A stretch of 45,382 bases of DNA from an uncultured Faecalibacterium sp. (GCA_937917475.1 CALDNF010000001.1:1-45382), one strand, 5' to 3'. Positions 28,856-37,874 are shown, counted from the first letter of the stretch. Program-made: numbers and translations. Notes: generated by a model not told the origin, from the letters alone.

Positions 28856-29731
28856 TTACTTATTGCCGTAGACTTCAGGATAGAACTCCTTGGTCGCCTC
28901 CGCACGGTTGATCAGGACATCTGCCCATGCGTAATCCGCGATGAACACCGTGTAATCATCCGGATCCTTGGGGATGTTAGGAAGGATGTTGGCCTGATTC
29001 AGATGGCTGGACAGTGCAATGTCAACCGGCATCTTGGCCAGCTCGTAGCAATCCTTGATGAAACGGTGAGCCATTTCCACAGGATAGCCAAGTTCGGTCA
29101 GATTCTGAGGCCGCATCATGGGATTGACGCCCAGACCACCATGCAGAGCGCAGCGATAAGTCTTGCCGGTCTTTTCGTCCGTGTCCTCAAAGAAGAAACT
29201 GGTAACACCGGGCGTGTGGCCAGGGCAAAGTTTGGTGCGGATGGTCATATTGCCCATCACTACCGGCTTATCATCATCGTAGAAGTTGGTGACGGTGTAA
29301 TCGGGGATGTTCATCGGCGGAATGTGCTTCTTGAACTCCTCATCATGCAGAGAACGCTGGTGCTCCACTTCATCCTCTTTGGACAGCCAGATCTCAGCAC
29401 CGGTCATTTCATGCAGATAGCGGGCACAGCTGGAATGGTCACCATGCCAGTGGGTCAGGAAGATCTTTTTGATGTCCATCGGGTCATGACCAGAACGCCA
29501 GATGCGGTCGATCAACAGATAGAGTGTTTCGGGGCACAGACCCGTATCGATCAGAATGAGGCCGGCACCGGTATCAATCAGGAATGCAGCCACATTATCC
29601 TGACCACCTACGTTCCAGACATGAGGTGCGTTGCGATAAACGGGAATGGCGTGCTCCCAGTGGGTGGCCAGGGCTTCTTTGCTCATGCCCAGACGACCAG
29701 CAGTCGATGCGTAAAAGAATTTCTTTTCCAT
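28856..29731 (-). CDS. MBL-fold metallohydrolase (B3-like), tandem copy 1
   Basis: Same motifs; near-identical to copy 2 except in two segments. Confidence 0.88.
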   Translation of the reverse strand: MEKKFFYASTAGRLGMSKEALATHWEHAIPVYRNAPHVWNVGGQDNVAAFLIDTGAGLILIDTGLCPETLYLLIDRIWRSGHDPMDIKKIFLTHWHGDHSSCARYLHEMTGAEIWLSKEDEVEHQRSLHDEEFKKHIPPMNIPDYTVTNFYDDDKPVVMGNMTIRTKLCPGHTPGVTSFFFEDTDEKTGKTYRCALHGGLGVNPMMRPQNLTELGYPVEMAHRFIKDCYELAKMPVDIALSSHLNQANILPNIPKDPDDYTVFIADYAWADVLINRAEATKEFYPEVYGNK

Positions 29732-29767
29732 AAGAAACTATACCTCCCTTAAGACTTGAATATCACA

Positions 29768-31054
29768 TTAGCCGTAGATCGGATAGAAATAGTTTGCAGA
29801 AAGTGCGATCGTAACGATAGCGATCAGAATGTACGGAATCGTAAACTTTGCGACCTGAGAGACCTTATAGTTGCCGGCTGCATAAATCAGAGCAGTTTCG
29901 GCTGCACCGGAGGGGAAGCCCAGAGAGATAACATTCGCAATCGCAACGATCAGCATGATGCCGCGGGGATCCCAGTTGCCAGCCAGACAGACCGTAGCCG
30001 CCACCGTATACAGGACATTCGAGGTTGCGGAGTTGGACATGACGGTGGTCATCACAATGGTAACCGCAGTGAACAGGAACATGACAGCCAGAGAAGAGGG
30101 ATGTTCGCCCAGAACACTCAGGATCGCATTGCCGATCAGATCGCCTGCGCCAGATTTTGCCATAGCAGAAGCCACGCCCAGAACACCAGCCATCAGGAAG
30201 ATCATATCAGCGGTCAGGGACTTGGTCACTTCCGGAATAGTAAGAGCTTTTCCATAGATCAGGACCAGAACGCCCAGAGCCGGAGCAACATACATCAGCT
30301 TACCGGTCCACTTGTTCAGGACCAGAACAGCCATAACAGCGATAAACACCACGTAGACCAGAGTTTCCTGTGCCTTGGGAAGAGTAGCTGTTTCCTTGAC
30401 TTCTTTTGCCTTGGAAGTATCCACTTTACCCTGCTTGGGCAGGAAACGCCAGGCAACCAGACACCAGATGCTCAGACATACGACCGGAAGGATCGACACT
30501 TTGAACTTATCGAACATCTGAAGCCAATAGTTTTCATTGGTGATGATCGTCTCATAGCGTGCGTTGATGGTTGCAAAGCTGGTAGCACCCATACCGATCG
30601 GCAGGAAGCCCTTCCATGCACAGCTGATGCCCAGCATCGGCATCAAAAGACGGGTGGGGGTTACTTCACCCTCATTGCTCAAGGATGCCAGGAACACGAT
30701 CATGATGGAGAAGGTTGCAGTTGCGGGAATAAACTGTACGAATGCGATAACGACCAGATAGAAGAACAGGATCAGAACGATACCCTTTTTGCCGCTGAGG
30801 CTGTTGACCTTCTTACGAATAAAAGGAACAACACTGGTCTTGGTAATGGCTGCACTCAGAACCATCATGGGAGCAACCAGAATAATACTATTATTTGCAA
30901 AACCACTGAAAGCCTCGCTGGGAGAAAGGATGCCGAACGCTGCAAGCAGAGCACAGCAGGTCATTGTAGTAACGCCCATGGGGAACTTTTGCCACACGAA
31001 CATGATAATCATAAAGGCGAGGATCGCCAATGTTATGATGAGCTGGGATGTCAT
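29768..31054 (-). CDS. SLC13/DASS-like carboxylate transporter (paralogue 2)
   Basis: TTVMSNSAT, WDPRG, FPSG; RBS AAAGGAGG before ATG 31054. Confidence 0.8.
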   Translation of the reverse strand: MTSQLIITLAILAFMIIMFVWQKFPMGVTTMTCCALLAAFGILSPSEAFSGFANNSIILVAPMMVLSAAITKTSVVPFIRKKVNSLSGKKGIVLILFFYLVVIAFVQFIPATATFSIMIVFLASLSNEGEVTPTRLLMPMLGISCAWKGFLPIGMGATSFATINARYETIITNENYWLQMFDKFKVSILPVVCLSIWCLVAWRFLPKQGKVDTSKAKEVKETATLPKAQETLVYVVFIAVMAVLVLNKWTGKLMYVAPALGVLVLIYGKALTIPEVTKSLTADMIFLMAGVLGVASAMAKSGAGDLIGNAILSVLGEHPSSLAVMFLFTAVTIVMTTVMSNSATSNVLYTVAATVCLAGNWDPRGIMLIVAIANVISLGFPSGAAETALIYAAGNYKVSQVAKFTIPYILIAIVTIALSANYFYPIYG

Positions 31055-31183
31055 AAGTAAATTGCCTCCTTTTGTTTTGACGACTGTGCGATGGGATGTT
31101 GCAGCTGTTTTCGTCTGACTGGGCGCCTCCATCAAACGATCTCGCACAAAGACGCTGCAGTCACCATCGCCTCATTTGCGTTC

Positions 31184-31212
31184 ATTTTATCCAAAAGTTT
31201 TCTCCTTTTCAA
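31184..31212 (-). promoter_or_regulatory. Sigma70-type promoter of the transporter-MBL-garD-gudD operon
   Basis: TTGAAA-17 bp-TAAAAT. Confidence 0.7.
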
Positions 31213-31261
31213 TATTTATTTCGACAAATCGTTCCTCCGTATTTTCAGCAAGACGCACAAC

Positions 31262-31278
31262 GTTTCACAAAATGAATC
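31262..31278. promoter_or_regulatory. Putative operator, TTTCA-N5-TGAAA type
   Basis: GTTTCA-CAAAA-TGAATC, plus an adjacent GTTTCA half-site; 49 bp from the -35 at 31212. Confidence 0.6.
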
Positions 31279-31410
31279 TTGTGTTTCATTTTAAGCTTCA
31301 AATCACTTCACAGTCCAAAGATACCGTCAAAGACACAGCGTAGAGGCTTTTGGCGTTCTGCGAAACCTATTTCAAACACGAAATGCTTTGAACTTTTTGA
31401 TTCGCATTTT

Positions 31411-31427
31411 GTTTCAAGAATTGAAAC
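31411..31427. promoter_or_regulatory. Putative operator, TTTCA-N5-TGAAA type
   Basis: Perfect GTTTCA-AGAAT-TGAAAC; 49 bp from the -35 at 31477. Confidence 0.65.
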
Positions 31428-31476
31428 ATTGTCAAATGCAGTTAAATTTCTGTTAAGATTTTAGATGGTTTTACGA

Positions 31477-31505
31477 TTGTTGCCTCCCATGAAATGTTGT
31501 ATCAT
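31477..31505 (+). promoter_or_regulatory. Sigma70-type promoter of the transporter-uxuA-MATE unit
   Basis: TTGTTG-17 bp-TATCAT. Confidence 0.5.
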
Positions 31506-31598
31506 GATGCTACGGAAATGGAGTATGTGCACACCCATGATGACGTTTACAAAGTCCAACGATATACATGCATATGTATAAAAGAAAAGGAGCATTTT

Positions 31599-32894
31599 AT
31601 GGAGCTTTACATTGTGCTTGCGATCATGGCCTTCATGATCGTTGGTTTCCTATTAAACAAATGGCCTTTTGGTCTGACAACAATGACTTGCTGTGTTTTG
31701 CTGGCATTGACTGGAGTGTTTACCATCCCGGAAGCATTTGCAGGTTTCTGCAATAAAACTCTGATCCTGTTGGTCGGTATGTTCGGCATGGTCTCTGCGT
31801 TCCAGAAAACCAGCGTCGTAGATAAGATCCAGGCTCAGATGCTCCGCCTGAAAGGCAAGAGCGGCATTGCACTGGTCATCGGTCTGTATGTAGTTGTTAT
31901 CGGTCTGGCCTGCTTCATGCCCACTACTGCTAACATGGTCGTCATGCTGATGTTCCTCGTTGGTCTGGGTGATTCCGGCGAAGTGACTCCCACCCGTATG
32001 ACTATTCCCCTGCTGGCCATGATCGGCATTTGGGGTTCCAAGCTGCCCATTGGTATGGGTGCCGCAAGCCATCTGAATCTGAATGCCCGCTATGAAGGTA
32101 TGCTGCCCGAAGGTTCTGAGGGCATGCTGCTGGATCTGATGACCCGGTTCAAAGTCATGATCGTCCCCTGCATCATCCTGACTATCTACTGCCTGATTGC
32201 CTGGAAATGGCTGCCCAACAAGAAATTTGACTCTGCCAAACTGGAAGGCAAAGGCGGCAAGAAAAAAGAAAAGACTCCTCTGCCCAAATGGCAGGAGAAT
32301 CTGATCCTTGGCCTGTTCCTGGTCGTTATGATTTCTCTGTTCTTCAGCAAGCAGCTGGGCGATTACATGTATCTGATCCCTGTCACCTGCCTGCTCATTA
32401 TCACCTTTGCTGGCTGCATGACCCCAAAAGAAACGATCAATGCGATCACTATTGATGCAGTCTGGATGATCGCAGGTGTTCTGGTCATTGCAGATGCACT
32501 GGGTAAATCCGGTGCAGGCGACGTGATCGGAAACGGCATCCTGAAGATCTTGGGCGGCAATCCCTCCGGTCTGTTCGTCATGTTCGTATTTGCCGTCGTT
32601 ACCGTTGTCATGACCACCTTTATGTCCAACTCTGCAACTTCCAATGTTCTTATTCCGGTCGCCGCCTCGGTTGCGATTGCTGCCGGCTGGGATCCCCGTG
32701 GTCTGGTTCTGATCGTTTCTTTCTGCTCCAATATTGCGATTGCGTTCCCGTCCGGCTCCCCTGCCTGCGGCATTGCCTATGCCTCTACCGGCTACAAGTT
32801 GAGTGAGACCTTCCGCTTTACGCTGCCGTTCCTTGTGCTTGCTGTTATCAGCATCGTGTTCAGTGCAGATTTCTTCTGTCCTATTTACGGTTAA
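31599..32894 (+). CDS. SLC13/DASS-like carboxylate transporter (paralogue 3)
   Basis: TTFMSNSATSNV, WDPRG, FPSG; clearly homologous to paralogue 2; RBS AAGGAG. Confidence 0.8.
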   Translation: MELYIVLAIMAFMIVGFLLNKWPFGLTTMTCCVLLALTGVFTIPEAFAGFCNKTLILLVGMFGMVSAFQKTSVVDKIQAQMLRLKGKSGIALVIGLYVVVIGLACFMPTTANMVVMLMFLVGLGDSGEVTPTRMTIPLLAMIGIWGSKLPIGMGAASHLNLNARYEGMLPEGSEGMLLDLMTRFKVMIVPCIILTIYCLIAWKWLPNKKFDSAKLEGKGGKKKEKTPLPKWQENLILGLFLVVMISLFFSKQLGDYMYLIPVTCLLIITFAGCMTPKETINAITIDAVWMIAGVLVIADALGKSGAGDVIGNGILKILGGNPSGLFVMFVFAVVTVVMTTFMSNSATSNVLIPVAASVAIAAGWDPRGLVLIVSFCSNIAIAFPSGSPACGIAYASTGYKLSETFRFTLPFLVLAVISIVFSADFFCPIYG

Positions 32895-32903
32895 AAACAA
32901 ACA

Positions 32904-32937
32904 CCGCCCGGTGGCAAAAGCTGTCGGGCGGCTTTTT
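32904..32937 (+). terminator. Intercistronic hairpin with T tail
   Basis: CCGCCCGG...TCGGGCGG-CTTTTT. Confidence 0.55.
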
Positions 32938-32960
32938 AAAAAAGAAAAGAGGTCGATTTT

Positions 32961-33935
32961 ATGTCACTGCGTCCCCAGATTCCCGTTCGTACCAGCGAAA
33001 GCGATGCAACGCTTTCTTTTATCCGCCAAATGGGTGTAGAAAACGTCAGTCTGATGCTCAAGCCGGATGAAATCACCCGTGATACTTTGCAGGCTCAGAA
33101 AGAAAAGCTCGCTCGTTATAACATGACGATCTCTGACGCTGCTTGCAATGAACTGCAGAAAAATAAGAGTATTCATCTGAATCTTCCGGACCGGGATTAT
33201 CAAATCGAACGTTTTAACAAGATGCTGCAGGTACTGGGCGAGGAAAAGATTCCTTTTACCTCCATTGCATGGCAGCCAAACGGTATCCTTCGTACAGACC
33301 ACCGTATTGGCAAACACACCCGCGGCGGCAACAGTGCTTTCTGTGATGAGGCCGAAATTCTGGCCCGCCCCAATGCAGAAGCTCGGAGCTATACAGAGGA
33401 AGAGATCTGGGAGAACTTTGCATACTTTATGGACAAAGTTATTCCGGTCGCCGAGGAAACTGGTGTGCGGATGGCTCTGCACCCCAACGATCCGCCTCTG
33501 GCTTGCATGGCTGGTATTCCGAGCCTGATTTATAACATGGAATGTTATCGTAAGGCTTTCAAAGCCGCACACGGCAGCAAAGCACTGGGTATAAAGCTCT
33601 GCGTCGGCTGCTGGCTGGAAGGTGGCAGCAACTTTGGTGATTTGATGTCTGACATCAAAGAGCTTTGCGCAGATGACCGCATCCTCTGTGTCCACTTCCG
33701 CAACGTAGACAGTCCCCTGCCTGTTTTTGAGGAAGTTCTGGCTGAAGATGGTTATGCCGATATGTATGCCATCATGAAACAGCTTGTAGCCTGCGACTGT
33801 AATGCCGTTATCTCCATTGACCACGGCTTTAAGCCTATCGATGGTTTTGGCGGAATGCCCGGTTCTTTCTGTTATCCTACCGGATTCATGAAGGGTCTCA
33901 TTTATGCTGCCGAAAAAGAGCTTGGCAAGCGTTGA
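32961..33935 (+). CDS. Mannonate dehydratase (UxuA)-like protein, divergent
   Basis: IWENFAYFM..VIPVAEE.GVRMALHPNDPP, LCVG, VHFRNV, EDG..DM, DH. Confidence 0.78.
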   Translation: MSLRPQIPVRTSESDATLSFIRQMGVENVSLMLKPDEITRDTLQAQKEKLARYNMTISDAACNELQKNKSIHLNLPDRDYQIERFNKMLQVLGEEKIPFTSIAWQPNGILRTDHRIGKHTRGGNSAFCDEAEILARPNAEARSYTEEEIWENFAYFMDKVIPVAEETGVRMALHPNDPPLACMAGIPSLIYNMECYRKAFKAAHGSKALGIKLCVGCWLEGGSNFGDLMSDIKELCADDRILCVHFRNVDSPLPVFEEVLAEDGYADMYAIMKQLVACDCNAVISIDHGFKPIDGFGGMPGSFCYPTGFMKGLIYAAEKELGKR

Positions 33936-33962
33936 GTTTCCAGATAAGCCGAAATAAAAAGT

Positions 33963-33997
33963 CAGCCGCTTTTTCAGAGCGGCTGCTCTTTTGTTTG
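33963..33997 (+). terminator. Hairpin with T tail after the uxuA-like gene
   Basis: CAGCCGCT...AGCGGCTG-CTCTTTTGTTT. Confidence 0.55.
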
Positions 33998-34049
33998 TAT
34001 TGTTCGATATAAAGCAACCCAAAGTCAAATTCTGGAGGAGGAACTGTGG

Positions 34050-35432
34050 ATGGCTCAGCAGAAATTCAAATTAGTAACGGACAAGCGATTTTATAAGCGG
34101 GTTCTCAGCATTATGCTCCCAGTGGCATTGCAGCAAGCCATTAACATGGGTGTGAATATGCTGGACACCATTATGCTGGGACAGTTTGGCGAAGTACAGA
34201 TTTCGGCTTCCAGCCTTGCAAACCAGTATTACAATTTTTTCACCATTTTCTGCATGGGCATCATCGGCGGCAGCAGTGTTTTAGCCGCCCAATACTGGGG
34301 GGCTCGTGAAGTCGATAAAGTCCGGCAGACCTTTAACATGGCACTGCGGATGACTCTGGTGTTGGCCACAGTATTTGCCGTTCTGACCTGGTGCTTTCCG
34401 GCACAGATCATGGGTATCTACACTTCTGAATCCCACGTGGTCGCTCAAGGTGTTCGGTATTTGAAGATCACAACATTCGTCTTTATCATTCACGGAACGA
34501 GTCTCGTTGCTGCCCAGCTGATGCGTTCTGTCGAACAGGCACAGCTGGGTCTTGTTGTCAGCTGTGTTTCCTTTGTGGTCAATCTCATTGCCAACTATGC
34601 GTTCATTTTTGGCAAATTTGGTGCTCCGAGGATGGAGATTGCTGGTGCCGCTCTCGGCACTCTGATGGCTCGTACCGCAGAATTTCTGGTCACATTCGGT
34701 TACATCTTCTTCAAGGATAAATCTCTGGGCCTGCGTATCAAGCATCTGCTCCATACGCCGGGAAAAGAATTTTTCTCCAACTATCTCCGTCTTGGCCTGC
34801 CCGTGCTTGTCAGTGATGGCCTGCTTGGACTTGGCGGCAATATCGTCAGCATCATTCTCGGTCATATGGGTGCTGCTGTCGTGGCGGCCAATGCCATCTG
34901 CCAGGTTATCGATCGTCTGTTCACCGTTGTGATCCAAGGTATTTCTAATGCATCCAGCATTGTGACCGGACATACTCTGGGCGAAGGCTCGCATGAAAAA
35001 GCCATGCAGCAGGGCTACACATTTTATGTACTCAGTATCTTCTTTGGCCTGATTGCAGCCGTCATGGTTTTGGCCTGCGGCCCATTGACGATTGCAATGT
35101 ATTCGCTGAATGCTGAAACGATCCGTATCACAGAACAAATGATGATCGCTTATGCCGTGATCGTATTCTTCCAGTGCATCCAGTCCGTTATGACAAAAGG
35201 TGTCCTGCGTGGCGGCGGCGATACCAAATTCTTGATGAAGGCGGACATCCTGTTCATGTGGCTGGTGTCTATTCCGCTGGGTGGTATCGGTGGACTGATT
35301 CTTGGCTGGCCGGCATGGGCTACGATCCTTGCCCTCCGCATAGACTATGTTATCAAGTCCGTCTGGTGCATCAGCCGTTTGAAAAGCGGCAAGTGGATCC
35401 ACACTGCGGACGGTATTGTAGACCGAGATTAA
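34050..35432 (+). CDS. MATE family transporter
   Basis: NMLDTIMLGQ, AQYWG, IFGKFGAPRMEIAGAALGT, GVLRGGGDT. Confidence 0.9.
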   Translation: MAQQKFKLVTDKRFYKRVLSIMLPVALQQAINMGVNMLDTIMLGQFGEVQISASSLANQYYNFFTIFCMGIIGGSSVLAAQYWGAREVDKVRQTFNMALRMTLVLATVFAVLTWCFPAQIMGIYTSESHVVAQGVRYLKITTFVFIIHGTSLVAAQLMRSVEQAQLGLVVSCVSFVVNLIANYAFIFGKFGAPRMEIAGAALGTLMARTAEFLVTFGYIFFKDKSLGLRIKHLLHTPGKEFFSNYLRLGLPVLVSDGLLGLGGNIVSIILGHMGAAVVAANAICQVIDRLFTVVIQGISNASSIVTGHTLGEGSHEKAMQQGYTFYVLSIFFGLIAAVMVLACGPLTIAMYSLNAETIRITEQMMIAYAVIVFFQCIQSVMTKGVLRGGGDTKFLMKADILFMWLVSIPLGGIGGLILGWPAWATILALRIDYVIKSVWCISRLKSGKWIHTADGIVDRD

Positions 35433-35436
35433 AAAG

Positions 35437-35487
35437 CCCCCTGCCAATCCATGTGCCATCGCACATTTCATTGGCAGGGGGTGCTTG
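35437..35487. terminator. Bidirectional terminator at the right edge of the island
   Basis: CCCCCTGCCAAT...ATTGGCAGGGGG inverted repeat between convergent genes. Confidence 0.75.
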
Positions 35488-35521
35488 TGTTTATTGTAGG
35501 CTGCTTTCCTTTTTACTGTTC

Positions 35522-36001
35522 TTACAGCTCATGATAATAAGGGCAGATATTCTCGTAACTGCCATCTTTCATGCGGAAACCTTTCGGAATCGTGCCCAGC
35601 TGAACAAAACCCATCCGCTCATAGAGATGGCGGGCGTGGACATTGCTTTCCACAACGGCGTTGAACTGCAGCACACCAAAGCCCAGTTCTTTGGCCATGC
35701 GCAGACAATCCGACACCAGCTTTTCGCCGATATGCTCTCCACGGTGGTCGAAATCCACAGCATAGCTTGCATTGCAGATATGCCCGCAGCGGCCAACATT
35801 GTTGGGGTGCAGGATGTAAAGACCTACAACGTTTTCACCGTCCACCGCCACACCACAATAAGACTGTGCCGCAAAGAACGCCCGGCCGTTTTCCACCATC
35901 AGCGTTTCTTCCTGTGGAAATGCCACACCATCTTCTACCACACGATTCCAGATGGACACCATGGCCGGAAGATCTTTTTCTTCATATTTCCGTACGATCA
36001 T
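35522..36001 (-). CDS. GNAT acetyltransferase
   Basis: GRCGHICNASYAV, HRGEHIG, QFNAVVESN..A..LYE..GF. Confidence 0.9.
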   Translation of the reverse strand: MIVRKYEEKDLPAMVSIWNRVVEDGVAFPQEETLMVENGRAFFAAQSYCGVAVDGENVVGLYILHPNNVGRCGHICNASYAVDFDHRGEHIGEKLVSDCLRMAKELGFGVLQFNAVVESNVHARHLYERMGFVQLGTIPKGFRMKDGSYENICPYYHEL

Positions 36002-36138
36002 TTTTTCTGCCTCCAGATGATACGTTTTTCACGAGCAAAGTCTGATACAGTCTGTTCGTACCGGTCGGGAATGGTGCAGTCATTGTAAAAACGACAGTAT
36101 GCCTGATCGGTCTTGCCTCCTGCCTTTGCTGTCAGGGC

Positions 36139-37071
36139 TCAGCCCTCCACTTCGGCCAGCGTGGGCATGGCCGGAATCGCACCGTGGCGGCTGGTGGTGA
36201 TGCTGGCTGCTTTGTTGGCAAAGGTCAGAATGGTTTCCAGCTTGTCCACCGTCAGAGTGTTCAGGTCCTCTTTGCAGAGCTTGGACAGAGCCGCACCAAA
36301 GAAGGTGTCTCCTGCGCCGTTGGTATCGCCCACTTTGCAGGGAACGCCTGCCACATGGCCGGTCTTGTTCCCAAAGCGGTAGAACACACCATCCGGGCCC
36401 AGGGTGACAAAAATCAGCCGGATGCCGTTCTGCGCCAGCTGTGCCGTTCCGCTTTCGCAGTCCGTGGTGCCGGTAAGCAGGGGCAGTTCTTCATCGGATA
36501 CTTTCAGAATATCCACCAGCGGCAGAGGGGCTTTCATCTGGACAATGGCGTCCTCTTTGTTCTTCCATAGGTTTGCACGGTAGTTCGGGTCATAGGTAAT
36601 CGTTGCGCCCATCTTTTTGGCACGGGCAGCAGCATCCAGCGTAGCGGTACGGGAAGGGTCAGCGGTCAGGCTGACCGAGCCGAAATGCACGATTTTGGCC
36701 GCTTTCAGAGCTTCGTCCGAAATGTCCTCTTTGCGCAGCATCACATCGGCATTGGCACTGCGGTAGAAACTGAAATCACGCTCGCCGGTGGAATCCACCG
36801 ACACAACGGCCATGGTAGTGGGATGGTCTGCATCCACGGCCATGCCGGAAACATCCACTTTGTTCTCTGCCAAAACCTCTTTCAGGTAGCGGCCAAAGGC
36901 ATCCGTGCCCACTTTGCCGATAAAGGCAGTCTGTGCACCCAGTCTGGAAGCAGCCACGGCCAGATTTGCCGGAGCACCGCCGGGATTTGCCGCAAACTGT
37001 GGGATCCCACATTCATCCTTGCCGGTCTGGGTCAGGTCGATCAAAACTTCGCCAATCGTTAAAATGTCCAT
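36139..37071 (-). CDS. Fructokinase (PfkB family)
   Basis: IGEVLID, GGAPANLA, DPNYR, KVSDEE, DTNGAGDTF; RBS AAGGAG favours ATG 37071; located in a fructan locus. Confidence 0.88.
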   Translation of the reverse strand: MDILTIGEVLIDLTQTGKDECGIPQFAANPGGAPANLAVAASRLGAQTAFIGKVGTDAFGRYLKEVLAENKVDVSGMAVDADHPTTMAVVSVDSTGERDFSFYRSANADVMLRKEDISDEALKAAKIVHFGSVSLTADPSRTATLDAAARAKKMGATITYDPNYRANLWKNKEDAIVQMKAPLPLVDILKVSDEELPLLTGTTDCESGTAQLAQNGIRLIFVTLGPDGVFYRFGNKTGHVAGVPCKVGDTNGAGDTFFGAALSKLCKEDLNTLTVDKLETILTFANKAASITTSRHGAIPAMPTLAEVEG

Positions 37072-37085
37072 GCTCATGCTCCTTA

Positions 37086-37862
37086 TCACTCATCATAGCG
37101 GGGTGTCTGCTCCGGAAACTGCTGACTGATTTTTTCTTCAATGCCATAGGCGGCATCGAAATTCGGATAAAGCAGAAAGAAGCAGACGAACCAGATAAAC
37201 CATACACCGAGGAAGGGCACCAGAAAGCCCGTCCACGGCAAAAACAACACAAACAGCACCCACCACAGCAGTTGAAGTGCAGCGGCACCGAGAACGTGCT
37301 TGCCATATTTCAGGCAAAACAGCACCGCATTTTGCAGACGATGGAGGTTGCTTTCCTCAAACAGCACCACCTGCGGCCAGAACGCAGTGAACAGCATCAG
37401 CAAAATCAGCAGTCCCGCCAGAAAAACAGCCATCGTTCCGATACCGGGCAAATTTGCCCCGGAGAACAGCACCATACCGAAAAACAGTTCGATGCCCAGT
37501 ACCAGACTGAACACCACGCCGGGAAAAAGAGATGCTTTCCAGTTCTGCTTCATGCCCTTGCAGTAGTTCTCCCACCAGCCGCGCGGCGCATCCCGGTAAC
37601 TACGGAACAGGGCATCCATCATGCCTGAGATCGCCGGGCCGACCAGCAGCCCACCCACGATGCAGACAGGGATCAGCACCAGCAGACTGGAAGAAAGCAG
37701 CGCATAGCCAACGCCAAGACCATAAGGAATACACAGCCCCAGTGTGACAAAATCGGCAAAGAGAAAACTTTTCCAATCCCGTTCCAGCAATTCCTGATAC
37801 CGGGGCAGGCCCGTGGCACGTTGGCCGTGTACAACAGGGTCACTCGGAAAGAACAAGCCCAT
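37086..37862 (-). CDS. Membrane protein, YesL/DUF624-like
   Basis: Multi-TM; GPAISG and KQNWK motifs reminiscent of YesL proteins found in sugar ABC loci. Confidence 0.6.
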   Translation of the reverse strand: MGLFFPSDPVVHGQRATGLPRYQELLERDWKSFLFADFVTLGLCIPYGLGVGYALLSSSLLVLIPVCIVGGLLVGPAISGMMDALFRSYRDAPRGWWENYCKGMKQNWKASLFPGVVFSLVLGIELFFGMVLFSGANLPGIGTMAVFLAGLLILLMLFTAFWPQVVLFEESNLHRLQNAVLFCLKYGKHVLGAAALQLLWWVLFVLFLPWTGFLVPFLGVWFIWFVCFFLLYPNFDAAYGIEEKISQQFPEQTPRYDE

Positions 37863-37874
37863 CGTTACTCCTCC

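Noticed and set aside
27981..29731. Calling the MBL pair antibiotic-resistance beta-lactamases
   Set aside because: No signal peptides, embedded in a catabolic operon, no mobile context; the fold alone is insufficient.
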